This document shows positions 17,937-30,994 of a stretch of DNA of 64,000 nucleotides, piece after piece. The position numbers were made by a program, and so were the translations under genes. The stretch lies in contig JAJKHS010000041.1 in the NCBI GenBank assembly GCA_021154885.1, positions 66,441-130,440 on the forward strand, written 5' to 3'. Every line of letters starts with the position of its first letter. Within the stretch, counting starts at the first letter, position 1. Source of the DNA: Thermoanaerobaculum sp. GTDB taxonomy: Bacteria > Acidobacteriota > Thermoanaerobaculia > Multivoradales > UBA5704. The notes below the pieces were generated by a model. It was given only the letters and a program-made list of their open reading frames with translations, made no database searches and was not told the origin of the DNA.

Positions 17937-17961
17937 AAAAAAAGGCGACCCGAAGGTCGCC
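17937..17961 (-). terminator. Rho-independent terminator downstream of pnp
   Basis: On the minus strand, the stem ggcgacc, loop ttcg and stem ggtcgcc are followed by a T7 run. Confidence 0.6.
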
Positions 17962-17991
17962 TCGTTCATCGCTTGGAGAGGGAGAGATAGG

Positions 17992-20274
17992 TCAGCGGCT
18001 GCCGCCCCCGCCCCGCGGTCCCCGATCGCCGCCGCCACCCCGTCCGCCCCGGAATCCGCCGCGGCCTCCGCGGTCGCCGCCCCGTCCGCCGCGATCGCCG
18101 CCACGGCCCCCGCGGTCGCCCTCGCTACGCTCGCCACCGCCGCCGGCCATGGCCATCTCCATGCCCTCGTACTGGGCAGGATCGTAGTCCGGCGCCTCCA
18201 TGATGACCGCCTTGCGCGACAGCCGGATCTTCCCCGTCTCGTCGATGTTGATCACCTTGACGGCCATCTCGTCGCCCTCCTTGACCACGTCCCCGACCTC
18301 GCGGACGCGGTAGGGGGCGAGCTCGCTGATGTGCACCAGGCCGTCCGTGCCCGGCATGATCTCGACGAAGGCGCCATACGCCTCGACCCGCCGCACCGTG
18401 CCGGTGTAGACCTTGCCGATCTCGGCCACCTCGGTCAGACGCTCCACCATCTGGATGGCACGCCTGGCCGCCGGCTCGTCCGGCGAGGCGATGATCACCT
18501 TGCCGTCGTCCTCGATCTCGATGTCGCAGCCCGTCTCCTCGATGATGGAGCGGATCGTCTTGCCACCGGGTCCGATGACGTCGCGGATCTTCTCCTTCGG
18601 GATCTGCAGGGTGTAGAGGCGTGGCGCAAACTTGGACATCTCGCCTCTCGGTGTGGGCAGGGCCCCCTCCATGATGCCGAGGATATGCATGCGGCCGGCC
18701 TTCGCCTGCTCCAGGGCCACCTTCATGATCTCGCGGGTGACGCCGGTGATCTTGATGTCCATCTGCAGCGCGGTGACCCCTTCGCGGGTGCCGGCGACCT
18801 TGAAGTCCATGTCGCCGTAATGGTCTTCCTGACCGGCGATGTCGGAGAGCACCGCGAACTTGTCGTCCTCCTTGATCAGGCCCATGGCGACGCCCGCCAC
18901 CGGCGCCAGCAGCGGCACGCCGGCGTCGAACATGGCGAGCGAGCCGCCGCAGATCGAGGCCATGGACGAGGAGCCGTTCGACTCCAGGATGTCCGAGACG
19001 ACGCGGATGGTGTACGGGAACTCGTCCTCGTGCGGCAGCACCGGCAGGAGGGCCCGCCGGGCCAGCACGCCGTGGCCGATCTCACGCCGGCCGGCGCTGC
19101 GCAGGAACTTCACCTCGCCCACGGAGAAGGGCGGGAAGTTGTAATGCAGCATGAACTTCTGCACGCTCTCGCCCTCGTACTCCTCGATCAACTGGGCATC
19201 CCGCTTGGTGCCCAGCGTGGCCGTGACCAGCGCCTGCGTCTCGCCCCGGGTGAACAGCGTCGAGCCGTGGGTACGGGGCAGCAGCCCGGCCTCGACCTCG
19301 ATCGGCCGGATCTCGTCGAGCCGCCGGCCGTCGAAGCGCGTGCGTTCGTTGAGCACCACCTCGCGGAGGATCTCCTCCTCGAGACGGGAGACGATCTTCT
19401 TGACCTGGCCCTTCCGGGCCGCCTCCGCCTCGGGGATCTGCTCGAGGTAGGGCTTGACCACGGCGCCCACCGCGGATTTGCGCTCGAACTTGCCCTTGGT
19501 GAAGAGGGCCGCCTTGAGAGGCGCGTAGAGGTCGCTCTTGACCTGCTCGTAGAGCGACTCGGGGTAGGCCTCGGGCGCCGTCCACGACGGCTTCTCGCGG
19601 TTGCCCTCGCGGAACAGCTCGTGTTGCGCCTTGATGATCTTCTGGATCTCCTGGTGGCCGCGCCAGATGCACTCCAGCAGCAGCTCCTCGGAGACCTGGT
19701 TGGCTCCGGCCTCCACCATCACCACCGCCTCCTCCGTGCCGACGACCACCAGGTCGAGGTCGGAGACGTCACGCAGGCTGTTGGCGGGGTTCATCACCAC
19801 CTCGCCGTCAATCAGTCCCACGCGCACCGCGCCCACTGGGTGGTAGAAGGGGATGTTGGAAAGCACCAGCGCTACCGAGGCGCCGTTGATGGCCAGGATG
19901 TCGGGGTCGTTCTCGCCGTCGGCCGACAGGCAGAAGGCGATGATCTGGGTATCGGCGATGTAGCCTTCGGGGAACAGCGGCCGTAAGGGGCGGTCGATCT
20001 GGCGGGAGGTGATGATCTCCTTCTCGGTGGGCCGGCCCTCGCGCTTGAAGAAGCCGCCCGGGATGCGCCCCGCGGCGTAGGTGTACTCGCGATAGTCGAC
20101 CGTCAGCGGCAGGAAGTCGCGCTCGACTCCCGGCTTGTACTCCATGCAGGCGGTGGCGAGCACGACCGTGTCGCCGAAGCGGATGGTGCAGGACCCGTTG
20201 GCCTGCTTGGCCAGGTGACCCGATTCGATGATCAGGGTCCCCGACCCGATGGCAATCTCTTTCCGTTGCTTCAT
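17992..20274 (-). CDS. pnp: Polynucleotide phosphorylase with a C-terminal Arg/Gly-rich tail
   Basis: Two RNase PH domains plus KH and S1 domains are present. The tail [28 protein letters not shown] is typical of long-tailed PNPases. Confidence 0.95.
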   Translation of the reverse strand: MKQRKEIAIGSGTLIIESGHLAKQANGSCTIRFGDTVVLATACMEYKPGVERDFLPLTVDYREYTYAAGRIPGGFFKREGRPTEKEIITSRQIDRPLRPLFPEGYIADTQIIAFCLSADGENDPDILAINGASVALVLSNIPFYHPVGAVRVGLIDGEVVMNPANSLRDVSDLDLVVVGTEEAVVMVEAGANQVSEELLLECIWRGHQEIQKIIKAQHELFREGNREKPSWTAPEAYPESLYEQVKSDLYAPLKAALFTKGKFERKSAVGAVVKPYLEQIPEAEAARKGQVKKIVSRLEEEILREVVLNERTRFDGRRLDEIRPIEVEAGLLPRTHGSTLFTRGETQALVTATLGTKRDAQLIEEYEGESVQKFMLHYNFPPFSVGEVKFLRSAGRREIGHGVLARRALLPVLPHEDEFPYTIRVVSDILESNGSSSMASICGGSLAMFDAGVPLLAPVAGVAMGLIKEDDKFAVLSDIAGQEDHYGDMDFKVAGTREGVTALQMDIKITGVTREIMKVALEQAKAGRMHILGIMEGALPTPRGEMSKFAPRLYTLQIPKEKIRDVIGPGGKTIRSIIEETGCDIEIEDDGKVIIASPDEPAARRAIQMVERLTEVAEIGKVYTGTVRRVEAYGAFVEIMPGTDGLVHISELAPYRVREVGDVVKEGDEMAVKVINIDETGKIRLSRKAVIMEAPDYDPAQYEGMEMAMAGGGGERSEGDRGGRGGDRGGRGGDRGGRGGFRGGRGGGGDRGPRGGGGSR

Positions 20275-20397
20275 TGGGCTTGTCTTCTTTCTTTTTCGTT
20301 TTTTTCGCTTGTCTCTCGTCTGTTTACGCCTCTGGACCGGGCCCCGCGTCTGGGCCTCGCCGTTCCCGGGGGGGCCGGGGAGCGAGTGGTCCGGAGG

Positions 20398-20438
20398 ATC
20401 GGACGGGTCCCGAGACCGCTCGGGTCTCGGGCCTGTCC
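20398..20438 (-). promoter_or_regulatory. Stable hairpin in the rpsO-pnp intergenic leader (candidate rpsO terminator / RNase III processing stem)
   Basis: The stem-loop reads ggacgggtcccgagacc-gctc-gggtctcgggcctgtcc. Its position matches the known rpsO-pnp regulatory hairpin. Confidence 0.4.
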
Positions 20439-20459
20439 TGCCGCGTCGGGCGGTGGGGG

Positions 20460-20729
20460 TTACTTGCGGAGCCCGAGGCGCTCGATGGTCGAGCGGTAGC
20501 GCTCGACGTCCTTCCCCTTCAGGTAGTCGAGCAGGCGGCGGCGGCGGCCGACCATCTTGAGCAGGCCGCGGCGGCTGTGGTGATCCTTGGTGTGGGTCTT
20601 GAAGTGCTCGGTCAGCTCGACGATGCGATGGGTCAGGATCGCGACCTGCACCTCGGGCGAGCCGGTGTCGCTCTCATGCGTCCGGTAGTCGTGGATGATC
20701 TTCTCTTTGACTTCGCTGGTTTGCGCCAA
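20460..20729 (-). CDS. rpsO: 30S ribosomal protein S15 (TTG start)
   Basis: The 89-aa protein begins [36 protein letters not shown], which matches S15. An AGGAG ribosome-binding site precedes the TTG. Confidence 0.9.
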   Translation of the reverse strand: MAQTSEVKEKIIHDYRTHESDTGSPEVQVAILTHRIVELTEHFKTHTKDHHSRRGLLKMVGRRRRLLDYLKGKDVERYRSTIERLGLRK

Positions 20730-20812
20730 TGCAAACTCCTCCTTACATTTCTCTTCGCCTGCACATTGTAGCACAAAGGGCGGTGCGGCGGCGGTTTGGG
20801 ATGCTCAGAACC

Positions 20813-21736
20813 TCAACGAAAGACGACTTTTGGCTGGACGATGCCGACGCCGGCGGAACCGATCCTCTCCACCACGGTGCCGACGGCGATGAATTCCCGC
20901 CGCCGGTTGACCAGCTTCACCCAGTCTCCCTCCTCGCCCGCCAGCTCCCGCACCAGCACGGTCTGGCCGTGGTGGATGCGGTGCTCCTGCTGCGGGTCGG
21001 CTGTCACCTCGCCGAAGGGGAGGGGGATCTGGTCGAACGGGATCCAGGCCGGCCCCACCGGCTCGCCCGCCTGGGTCCGGGCCTCGAGCCGGGCGACGGT
21101 CACCGCGTCGTCGGCCCGGAAGTTGCCGATCCGGGTGCGGCGCAGGTCGGCGAGGTGGGCGCCAAGCCCAAGGGCGGCGCCCAGGTCGTGGGCCAGGCCG
21201 CGGGCGTAGGTCCCGGACGAGCAGGCGAGTTGGAAGCGCAGGCGGCCGTCCTCGATCTCCCCCAGCGGGGTAAACTCGTAGACTGTGACCTCCTTGGGCT
21301 CGTCCGGCACCTCCTCGCCGCGGCGGGCCAGCTCGTAGAACTTGACCCCCTGGACCTTCTTGGCCGAGTACGGCGGCGGCTGCTGCTGGATCTCCCCCTC
21401 GAAGCCGTGCATGGCCGTGGCGACCTGCTCGCGGGTGAGCGCCGCCACGGCCTCGGGGGATGCTTCGGCGACCACCCGCCCGGAGGCGTCGTAGGTGTCG
21501 GTGGCGAGGCCGAAGCGGATCGTCCCCTCGTAGACCTTGGGGGCGCGGATGAGGAAGCGGGTCAGCCGCGTGGCCGTGCCCAGGGTCAGCAGCAGCAGGC
21601 CCGTGGCGTCCGGATCCAGGGTGCCGCAGTGACCGATCCGCTTCTGCCGCAGGATCCGGCGCACCCTCTGCACCACGTCGTGGGAAGTGAAGCCGGGGTC
21701 CTTTTCGACCAGCAACAAGCCATCCTTCATCTCCAT
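20813..21736 (-). CDS. truB: tRNA pseudouridine(55) synthase
   Basis: The region GLLLVEKDPGFTSHDVV...HCGTLDPDATGLL contains the catalytic Asp motif. Confidence 0.9.
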   Translation of the reverse strand: MEMKDGLLLVEKDPGFTSHDVVQRVRRILRQKRIGHCGTLDPDATGLLLLTLGTATRLTRFLIRAPKVYEGTIRFGLATDTYDASGRVVAEASPEAVAALTREQVATAMHGFEGEIQQQPPPYSAKKVQGVKFYELARRGEEVPDEPKEVTVYEFTPLGEIEDGRLRFQLACSSGTYARGLAHDLGAALGLGAHLADLRRTRIGNFRADDAVTVARLEARTQAGEPVGPAWIPFDQIPLPFGEVTADPQQEHRIHHGQTVLVRELAGEEGDWVKLVNRRREFIAVGTVVERIGSAGVGIVQPKVVFR

Positions 21737-21740
21737 AGGG

Positions 21741-22757
21741 TCAGCTCAGCGCGGCCCCCAGCTCGGCCGCCACCTGCTGGCGGATGGCCTCGCCGTCGCT
21801 CCCGGTATTCCCGGCGGTATTCCCGGCGGCGGCGGTCCCATCGAGGCTGTAGCCGGCGGCGTTGCGATGGCCGCCGCCGCCATGATGGCGGGCGATCTTC
21901 TCCACGTCCACCTCGCCGCGGCTGCGCAGCGAGACCTTCTGCGTGCCATCCTCCCGCTCGCGGATGAGCGCCACGGCCTCCACGCCGGCGATGGAGCGGA
22001 GGTGGTCGATGAGCCCCTCGGAGTCCCCCGGCGCCGCCCCAGCCTTCTGGAACATGGCGAGGGTCAGCCGGCCGGTGGCCACCCGCCCCCCCTCGTGGAG
22101 CTGGAGCGTCTGCAGCATCTCGCCCAGCAGGCGCACCACCCCCAGCGGCTGGCTCTCGTAGAGCCACTGCGACACCTGCTCGGGGTGCGCCCCATCCCGC
22201 ACCAGGGCCGCCGCCGCCTCGAAGGCCGCCGGCGTGGCGTTGGAGAAGCGGAAGCCGCCGGTGTCGGTGACCAGGGTGAGATAGAGGCAGCTCGCCAGCT
22301 CGGGCTCCAGCGCCGCCTTGAGCCCCTGGGCCAGTCGGTAGACCATCTCGCCCACGGCCGGGGCCGCGGAATCGACCCAGTTCACCGTGCCGTAGCACTG
22401 GTTGCCGAGATGGTGGTCGATGTTGATCACCGGCCGCTCGGCGAGGTGCTTCTCGAGCCCCGTGCGATCCGGGCTCGGGCACTCCAGCACGATGATGGCG
22501 TCGAACTTCTCGGGGAAGCCGGCTGGCGGCTCCTCCCCGACGTGGATGCGGTCGCTGCCGGGCAGCGGCTTGTAGACCGTGGGGGTGGGATCGTGGTTCC
22601 ACACCACGGCCCCCTTGCCCAGGCCGCGCAACAGGCGCGCCAGACCCAGCTCGGAGCCGATGGCGTCGCCGTCCGGGTTGGCGTGGCTGGTCAGCAGGAA
22701 ACGGTTGCCCTGGCGGATCTTCCGCAACAGGTCTTCAGGAGCTTTCATCCCGCCCAT
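21741..22757 (-). CDS. nrnA: DHH/DHHA1 phosphoesterase (NrnA-like nanoRNase/pAp phosphatase)
   Basis: The sequence SHANPDGDAIGS, a later DHH motif IDHHLGNQ, and the C-terminal DHHA1 motif GGGGHRNAAG are present. Confidence 0.8.
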   Translation of the reverse strand: MGGMKAPEDLLRKIRQGNRFLLTSHANPDGDAIGSELGLARLLRGLGKGAVVWNHDPTPTVYKPLPGSDRIHVGEEPPAGFPEKFDAIIVLECPSPDRTGLEKHLAERPVINIDHHLGNQCYGTVNWVDSAAPAVGEMVYRLAQGLKAALEPELASCLYLTLVTDTGGFRFSNATPAAFEAAAALVRDGAHPEQVSQWLYESQPLGVVRLLGEMLQTLQLHEGGRVATGRLTLAMFQKAGAAPGDSEGLIDHLRSIAGVEAVALIREREDGTQKVSLRSRGEVDVEKIARHHGGGGHRNAAGYSLDGTAAAGNTAGNTGSDGEAIRQQVAAELGAALS

Positions 22758-23088
22758 GGAGGCTCTCCAAGAGATCTGAGATCTTTTGACTTTGCTCGGC
22801 GCCTCGGTCGAGCTCGAAGACGAGCTCCGGGGTCACCCGCAACTTGAGCCGGCGAGCCAGCTCCGTGCGCAGGAACCCCCGAGCGTGGCGGAGACCTTCG
22901 ACGGTCTCCAGCCGCTGTTTGTCATCCCCCAGGACCGAGACCTTGACGATGGCCCGTTTCAGGTCCGGGGTCACATCCACTTGGGTGACCGAGGCCAGCT
23001 TCACCCGCGGGTCATGCACCGCCCGGAGCATCAGGTCCGACAGCTCGGCGCGCAGCAGGTCGCCGACGCGGTCGCTGCGCCGGCTCAT
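22735..23088 (-). CDS. rbfA: Ribosome-binding factor A
   Basis: The sequence RVGDLLRAELSDLM...VTQVDVTPDLKRAIVKVSVLGD matches the RbfA KH-like fold. Confidence 0.9.
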   Translation of the reverse strand: MSRRSDRVGDLLRAELSDLMLRAVHDPRVKLASVTQVDVTPDLKRAIVKVSVLGDDKQRLETVEGLRHARGFLRTELARRLKLRVTPELVFELDRGAEQSQKISDLLESLHGRDESS

Positions 23089-23381
23089 GATGCCCCCTCC
23101 AGGAGCTGCGGGTCCCAGCGGGTCAGGTAGACCTCCGGATCGCTCTCCACCTGGTTTCTCACCTCTTCCATCAGACGATCCATCTCGCTTTCGCCGCCCG
23201 CGGTCACCGCCGCCAGCGCGATCTCCGCCCGCTGGTGGAGATCGTGGAAATCGGTCTCCGCGATGGAGACCCGGTAGCGCTGATGCAACCGTTCAATCAG
23301 CGACTTGACGACCCGCCGCTTGTCCTTGAGGCTGCGGCTGGTGGGGAGGTGCAGCTCGAAAACCGAAATCCCGACGATCAT
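23085..23381 (-). CDS. DUF503-family protein (YlxP-like) between infB and rbfA
   Basis: The N-terminus MIVGISVFELHLPTSRSLKDKRRVVKSL is characteristic. The position within the nusA-infB operon is conserved. Confidence 0.75.
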   Translation of the reverse strand: MIVGISVFELHLPTSRSLKDKRRVVKSLIERLHQRYRVSIAETDFHDLHQRAEIALAAVTAGGESEMDRLMEEVRNQVESDPEVYLTRWDPQLLEGAS

Positions 23382-23467
23382 GGCTCTTTTGCGCGCTCGC
23401 TTGGCGTAGGGTGCGCTCCGCGCACCGGGGGTGATGCCCCGCGGTGCGCGCACCCTGCGCTCCTGTT

Positions 23468-26272
23468 CTACAGGACGGGCGCCACCTCTTCGCTGGTGAA
23501 AGCCTCGATGAAGTCGCCGGGCTTGACGTCCTGGAACCGCTCCAGCCCGATGCCGCAATCGAAGCCGGTCCGCACCTCGGAGACGTCGTCCTTGAACCGC
23601 CGCAGCGAGGAGATCTTCCCCTCGTAGATCACCCGGTTGTCGCGCACCAGCCGCACCGCCGCGGTGCGCGGGATGACCCCCTCGACCACGTGGCAGCCGG
23701 CCACCGTCCCGACCTTCGGCACCTTGAACGTGTCCCGCACCTCGGCACGGCCGGCGGCCACCTCGCGGAACGTCGGCTCGAGCAGGCCGGTCATGGCCTT
23801 GCGCAGCTCGTCGATCAGCTCGTAGATCACCGTGTGGAGACGGATCTCCACCTCCTCCTTCTCGGCCAGCTCCACGGCGGTGCGCTCGGGGCGGACGTTG
23901 AAGCCGATGATCACCGCCTTCGACGCCGAGGCCAGCAGCACGTCGTTGGTGGAGATGGCGCCGACGCCCGAGTGGAGCACCGAGACCTTCACCTTGTCCG
24001 TGCTGGCCTTGCCGAGGGCCTCCTTGAGCACCTCCACGGATCCCTGCACGTCCGCCTTGAGGATGACCGGCAGCTCCTTGACCTCGCCCTCCTGGATGCG
24101 GTTGAAGAGCTGGTCGAGCGACATCCGCCCCTGGGTGGGGGCGAGGCCGCGCCGGCGCTGCTCCTGGGCGCGGAACTCGGCGATGCCCCTGGCCTTGGAC
24201 TCATCCTCCACCACCTGCAGGATGTCGCCGGCGTCCGGCACGTCGGAGAAGCCGGTGACCTCCACGGGGGTGGAGGGGCCGGCCTCCTGCGAGCGGTGGC
24301 CGAGGTCGTCGCTCATCGAGCGCACGCGCCCCCAGGTGGCGCCGGAAACGAACACGTCACCCACCTTGAGGGTGCCGTTCTGCACCAGCACGGTGGCCAC
24401 GATGCCGCGTCCCACCTCCTTGCGGGCTTCGAGCACGGCGCCCTGGGCGGAGATCTCCGGGCTCGCCTTGAGCTCGAGGATGTCGGCGGTGAGCAGGATC
24501 ATGTCCAGCAGCTCGGTGATGCCCTGCTTCTTGAGCGCCGAGATCGGTACCATGACGGTGTCGCCGCCCCAGTCCTCGGCCATCAGCCCGCGGTCGGCCA
24601 GCTCCTTCTTCACCCGGTCGAGGTTGGCATTGGGCTTGTCGATCTTGTTGATCGCCACCACGATGGGCACCTTGGCCGCGCGTGCGTGGTCGATGGCCTC
24701 GACGGTCTGCGGCATGACGCCGTCGTCCGCTCCAACCACCAGCACCACGATGTCCGTCACCTTGGCGCCGCGGGCGCGCATCAGGGTGAAGGCCTCGTGG
24801 CCCGGAGTGTCGAGGAAGACGATGGAGCGGCCGTTGACCTCGACGTGATAGGCGCCGATGTGCTGGGTGATGCCGCCGAACTCGGACTCCGTGACCTTCG
24901 ATTTCCGGATGGCGTCGAGCAGCGACGTCTTGCCGTGGTCGACGTGGCCCATGATGGTGACCACCGGCCCACGCGACGTCTTGCTCTCCGGCTGCTCGCC
25001 GCCGCCGGCCGTCGACGACTGCTCCTCGCGGAGCTGCACCTCCTCCTCGAAGGAGACGACCATGGCTTCGACCCCCAGGTCGCGGGCCACCTGGAGCGCG
25101 AGCTCGGGGTCCAGCACCTGGTTGATGTTGGCCATGATGCCCCGCTTGAACAGGGCGTTGATGAGGTCGCGCACGCGCACGCCGAGCTTCTCGGCGAACT
25201 CGCGCAAGGTCATGCCCTCGCTGATCATTACGGCGCCCGTGGGTTTCTCCTTCTTGAAGGTGAGGAGCTTGCCGCCCGCGTTCTCCTCGTCCTCCTTGCG
25301 CAGGACGCGGCGGCGGCGGCGGCCGGTGATCGGACCCCCCTCTTCCACCTCGAGGTCCTCCAGGCTGCCCTTGAAGCCGGTGAGGTCCTCCTCGCGCCCG
25401 CCCGCCTTCTTGGGCCCCTTGCCCTTCTTCTTCTTGTCGCGATCGATCTGCTCCTGCAGCCGCTCGGCGGCGCGCCGCTTCTGCTCCTCGGTGGCCATGC
25501 CGGTCGAGGTGCCGGAGCCGGCGGGGCGCTGCATGGGCGGCCGGGTGGGGCCGGGGCCGCCCTGGCCGTCGCGTCGCGGCGGTGGACCGGACGGCCGCTG
25601 ACCCGGGACGTCGCGGCGCGGCGGCGGACCATCGCGGCGCTGCTGCGGCGGCCCGGACGGGGCGTCGCGTCGCGGCGGCGGCTGGCGCTGCTGGGATGTC
25701 TGGGATGTTTGGGATGACTGGGACGATTGGACGGAGGACGGCGGGGGAGGAGCGACCTCGACCACCCGCGGCGGCGCCTCGATGACCTGGGCGGACGTCA
25801 CTCCGGCGGCTCCGGCGCCCATCACCGCCGCCTCCTGCTGGAGCGGCTCGGCCTGGGACGCCACGGCGGCCTCGGTCATCGCCTGCATGGCCGGCATCGA
25901 CTGCAAGCCGCCGGGCAGGACGGCCGGGCGCTCGGACATCGGCAGGTTCTGGATGCGTGGCTCCACCTTCTGGATCAGGGTCCGCGGGCGCTGGGGGCGC
26001 AACGGATTGGGGGCCGGGCGGCGCGCCGACGGCGGCGGCGGCGCCGTGGTGGCGCGCCGGCGGGCGGCGTCAGGGGGCGCCGTCTCGTCCCGCAGGATGA
26101 CCTCCCGCGGGTGCGGCAGCTTCTTGCCCTGGAGGATCGCCGTGATGATGTCGGAGTCGATGTGCGCGTCATCCCCCTCGACCCGCACGCCGATGGACTT
26201 CAGCTTGAAGACGAGGTCCTGGTTGGAGATCGCCATCATCTTCGCGAGGTCCTGGACTCGAATCTTTCCCAT
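23468..26272 (-). CDS. infB: Translation initiation factor IF-2
   Basis: The G domain ([24 protein letters not shown]) is present. A long Pro/Arg-rich N-terminal region is present. Length is 934 aa. Confidence 0.95.
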   Translation of the reverse strand: MGKIRVQDLAKMMAISNQDLVFKLKSIGVRVEGDDAHIDSDIITAILQGKKLPHPREVILRDETAPPDAARRRATTAPPPPSARRPAPNPLRPQRPRTLIQKVEPRIQNLPMSERPAVLPGGLQSMPAMQAMTEAAVASQAEPLQQEAAVMGAGAAGVTSAQVIEAPPRVVEVAPPPPSSVQSSQSSQTSQTSQQRQPPPRRDAPSGPPQQRRDGPPPRRDVPGQRPSGPPPRRDGQGGPGPTRPPMQRPAGSGTSTGMATEEQKRRAAERLQEQIDRDKKKKGKGPKKAGGREEDLTGFKGSLEDLEVEEGGPITGRRRRRVLRKEDEENAGGKLLTFKKEKPTGAVMISEGMTLREFAEKLGVRVRDLINALFKRGIMANINQVLDPELALQVARDLGVEAMVVSFEEEVQLREEQSSTAGGGEQPESKTSRGPVVTIMGHVDHGKTSLLDAIRKSKVTESEFGGITQHIGAYHVEVNGRSIVFLDTPGHEAFTLMRARGAKVTDIVVLVVGADDGVMPQTVEAIDHARAAKVPIVVAINKIDKPNANLDRVKKELADRGLMAEDWGGDTVMVPISALKKQGITELLDMILLTADILELKASPEISAQGAVLEARKEVGRGIVATVLVQNGTLKVGDVFVSGATWGRVRSMSDDLGHRSQEAGPSTPVEVTGFSDVPDAGDILQVVEDESKARGIAEFRAQEQRRRGLAPTQGRMSLDQLFNRIQEGEVKELPVILKADVQGSVEVLKEALGKASTDKVKVSVLHSGVGAISTNDVLLASASKAVIIGFNVRPERTAVELAEKEEVEIRLHTVIYELIDELRKAMTGLLEPTFREVAAGRAEVRDTFKVPKVGTVAGCHVVEGVIPRTAAVRLVRDNRVIYEGKISSLRRFKDDVSEVRTGFDCGIGLERFQDVKPGDFIEAFTSEEVAPVL

Positions 26273-26335
26273 ATCTTCTTGAGCTCCTGTGATTGCCCGG
26301 TACCCGCCCCAACCGGGGCGCTCCCCCTCGCTGGA

Positions 26336-27886
<1,551 letters not shown>

Positions 27887-27915
27887 GGTTCTCTTTTCCT
27901 ATCTCGGTTGCAGCG

Positions 27916-28422
27916 CTAAAGCTCGATCTCCAGCCGAGCCAGCTTGACGTTCTTGAGGGGGATCGCCTGCGTCTCGCCGCTGCGGTCGTCCTTGAGGACG
28001 ACCTCGGCCTCCTCGGCGCCGGCGGTTTCGCCGCCGGCCACCCCTGCCGGCCGGCGCAGCCCTGCGAGGCGCGCCACGACCGTCTTCTTCTTGCCCGTCT
28101 CCGGGTCCTGCATCGTCACCCGCGCCAGACGGCCGGCGAAGCGGTCGTAGTCCTGCGGCCGGTAGAGCTGTCGGTCGAGCCCTGGGGAGGAGACTTCCAG
28201 GACGTAGCGACCGGCCCCGAAGTCCAGCACGTCCAGCAGGGCCGAGGCCTGCCTGGAGACGTGCTCGCAGTCCGCCAGGGTGACCCCGCCCTCCGGCTTG
28301 TCGAGGATCAGACGCATGACGCCACCCTTGAGCTCGACGGCAAGCAGCTCGCAGCCGGAAGCCGCCGCAACGGATTCGAGCTCCGGAATGACCTCGGCGA
28401 GACGGCTGGGTGCGGCGGACAT
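27916..28422 (-). CDS. rimP: Ribosome maturation factor RimP
   Basis: The signature SGCELLAVELKGGVMRLILD...LEVSSPGLDRQL is present. It heads the nusA operon. Confidence 0.85.
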   Translation of the reverse strand: MSAAPSRLAEVIPELESVAAASGCELLAVELKGGVMRLILDKPEGGVTLADCEHVSRQASALLDVLDFGAGRYVLEVSSPGLDRQLYRPQDYDRFAGRLARVTMQDPETGKKKTVVARLAGLRRPAGVAGGETAGAEEAEVVLKDDRSGETQAIPLKNVKLARLEIEL

Positions 28423-28715
28423 TTTCCGATCGCGTTCTCCTCTTGATGGCGCGGTTTGCCCAACAAAAAAAGTGGGCGGGTGGCCCACTTCTTACCGACC
28501 GGTGACCGGTCAGGGCAAGCTGGCCTACCCATTATAAGGAATGGACGTGCCCCTGGCAAGTTGCGACGGAGCAGAGCCTGACCTGCCCGGCCGGTCCGGG
28601 CGAAAGGTCCGGGAGAGCTGCGGCGAACCGCGCCCGGGGAGGATAACATGGCCGCCGGGGGATTTGTTCCTGGAACCGCTTGGGCGCCGCTCTTGCATCC
28701 CCCCTGAAATTCCTA

Positions 28716-29911
28716 TGGAACCCCACCCCGTTCCTCGCGAGACCGCTCCGTCCCCACGGGCCGGCGGCGACTTGGCGCGCCAGCCGGGGTGGCGCAGCGC
28801 CGACGTACTCCGCGCCGCCGCGCTCGTCCTGGGCCTCTATCTGGTCCTGCAACTGCTGTGGCTCGCTCACGACCTGCTCCTGATCGCCTTCCTCGGCGTG
28901 CTCTTCGGGCTCGCCGTGGGCCGTGGGACGGAGGTGCTCCAGCGACGCCTGCGGGTGCCCCGGGGGCTGGGGGCGGTGCTCATCGTGTTCGCGTTCGTGG
29001 GCGGGCTGGTGGGGCTCGGGGCCTGGACCGCGCCCGTGCTGCGGGCCCAGTTCGGCGAACTGCGGCAGAAGCTCCCCGTGGCCGTGGGCCGGGCGGAGGA
29101 CTGGCTCGACCTCCATCGCGGCGGCTTTCTGGGGCAGCTCGTGCCGGCCCGGCCCGGGACGCCGCCGGCTCCCCTCCCGGCCGGGCCGGACGGCGAGCCG
29201 CAGGCCGGTCCGCCGGCGCCCGGCTCCGGCGGCTCTCTCGCCGAGCTGCCGAAGACGCTCTCCGGCCAACTCGGAGCGCTCTCCCACTACCTCTTCTCGT
29301 TCCTGTCGTCGACCGTGGCGATGCTGGCGGGGCTGGTCCTGGTCCTTTTCCTGGCGATCTATATCGGGGCCGATCCGGACCTCTACTTCCGGGGCATCCT
29401 CCATCTCGTGCCCCATCCCGCCCGGCCGCGGGCCCGCGAGGTGCTCACGGCCATTTCGGTCACCCTGGGCCGCTGGCTCCAGGCGCAGCTCGTGGCCATG
29501 GCCGTCATGGCGGTGGTGATCTCGATCGTCCTCTCCCTTCTCGGGGTCAAGGCGGCCCTGTCGCTGGGCCTCATCGCCGGGCTGCTGGAGTTCATTCCCA
29601 TCGCCGGCCCCTTCCTCTCCGCGGTGCCGGCGGTGGCCATGGGCTTCCTCGACTCGCCCCACACGGCGCTCTTCGTGGCCCTGGCCTGGATCGCCATCCA
29701 GCAGATGGAGAACCACGTCCTCATCCCCATCCTCATGCGCCAGGGGCTGGACCTGCCGCCGGTGGTCACCCTGCTGGGGCTCGCCCTGATGGGAATCGTC
29801 TTCGGCTTTCTCGGCATGCTGGTGGCCGTGCCCCTCCTCGCCGCCGTGATGGTCGCCGTCAAGCTCCTCTACGTCCGCGACGTGGTTGGCGACGAGGTGG
29901 CGGGCGACTAG
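28716..29911 (+). CDS. AI-2E family transporter (PerM/UPF0118)
   Basis: Eight or more hydrophobic helices are present. The sequence ...FIPIAGPFLSAVPAV... is typical of AI-2E permeases. Confidence 0.75.
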
Positions 29912-29930
29912 TTCCAGGAGCCCGCGCGGC

Positions 29931-30590
29931 TCAGGCGTGCTTGGCTACCCAATCCGCTGCACAGTTCAAGTATTCCGGTATCGGCATCCTGGCAATGTCC
30001 TCCCTGACGTCGTTCTCTGGAATGCCTTCCGCGAGTCTCGCCTCGAAAAGACTGGTCGTGAAGTCGTTGAACAGGAACCAGATGACCTTGGGGTAGGGAG
30101 CCTCCCGCAGGCCCACCGTTTCGTAAAACCAGTCGCGGACAGCGCGCACGACTTCTTCAGGCTTATTGCGATGGCTTTTGATGTCAACCCCGGACATGTC
30201 GGACAGGGCCGCTTTGAAATCGTACGCCTCCTTCTCCAGAATCAGACACTTCTTGCTTCTCATGAATTCTGGTCCATGCTGGCGCGATCCATAGTCGATA
30301 CCAAGCTCGAACGGCATGTTCATGCGGTAGAGCTCGCGGGCTCGCGCAGCTTTCAGGCGCGAAAGGTCGTGTATGCTGAATTTGGACTGCCGGATCAGCT
30401 CGCAGATCTTGTCGAGCCGGTTCTCTCCGGAATCCGACCGCTCGGAGGCAATTCTGGGACGATAACCCAGGTATACGATAGTAAAAAGGAGGGGACGGAG
30501 AAGGGCCAGGTACTTGTCGTCAAACGGGCAGTTGACGAAGACGTTCAATTCATAGCCATCGATCGCGCCAGCAAGCTCGGCGCTGTTCAC
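29931..30590 (-). CDS. Hypothetical protein (219 aa) in a low-GC islet
   Basis: The coding region has about 55% GC against roughly 70% in the flanks. The N-terminus is VFVNCPFDDKY...SKFSIHDLS. It overlaps the upstream DUF2188 gene by 4 nt. Confidence 0.5.
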   Translation of the reverse strand: MNSAELAGAIDGYELNVFVNCPFDDKYLALLRPLLFTIVYLGYRPRIASERSDSGENRLDKICELIRQSKFSIHDLSRLKAARARELYRMNMPFELGIDYGSRQHGPEFMRSKKCLILEKEAYDFKAALSDMSGVDIKSHRNKPEEVVRAVRDWFYETVGLREAPYPKVIWFLFNDFTTSLFEARLAEGIPENDVREDIARMPIPEYLNCAADWVAKHA

Positions 30591-30820
30591 CTTTCATCTT
30601 TCGGAGGGTTGGGGTCGCTCCCGTAGGAGTCCTTGCTACGGATCATCCCGTCGCGCCCATGCACATAGAGCTCAGAGCCTTGATTCTTACTGATCTTACG
30701 CCCGTAGGTAACAGCTTCCCTCTGGGTCTCGAATCGCCGGGTGGCGTGGGTGGAGCCCCCTTTCTTCACGCTCCACCCCCCATCGGGATGAGGAACGACG
30801 TGCTGTGAGTTCTTGGACAT
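30587..30820 (-). CDS. DUF2188-family small protein
   Basis: The sequence MSKNSQHVVPHPDGGWSVKKGGSTHATRRFETQREAVTYGRKISKNQGSELYVHGRDGMIRSKDSYGSDPNPPKD matches DUF2188. Confidence 0.7.
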   Translation of the reverse strand: MSKNSQHVVPHPDGGWSVKKGGSTHATRRFETQREAVTYGRKISKNQGSELYVHGRDGMIRSKDSYGSDPNPPKDER

Positions 30821-30994
30821 GGTTCTCTCCTTCGTCTGCTTTGGAGGGCTGCCGGACGGGGAGCCTCCCAGACGAAGTTTAGCAGATCTCGGCATCGGTC
30901 CGGCGAGCAGGGAGTAGCAAGGGAGTAGCGGCGCCTCCTGGCCTCCCGACCTCGTTTTGAGGTAAGATGGTTAGCTAAGAAGCTATCCAACCGG

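Noticed and set aside
17869-19986. 705-aa plus-strand ORF
   Set aside because: It is antisense to pnp, which has strong PNPase identity on the minus strand.
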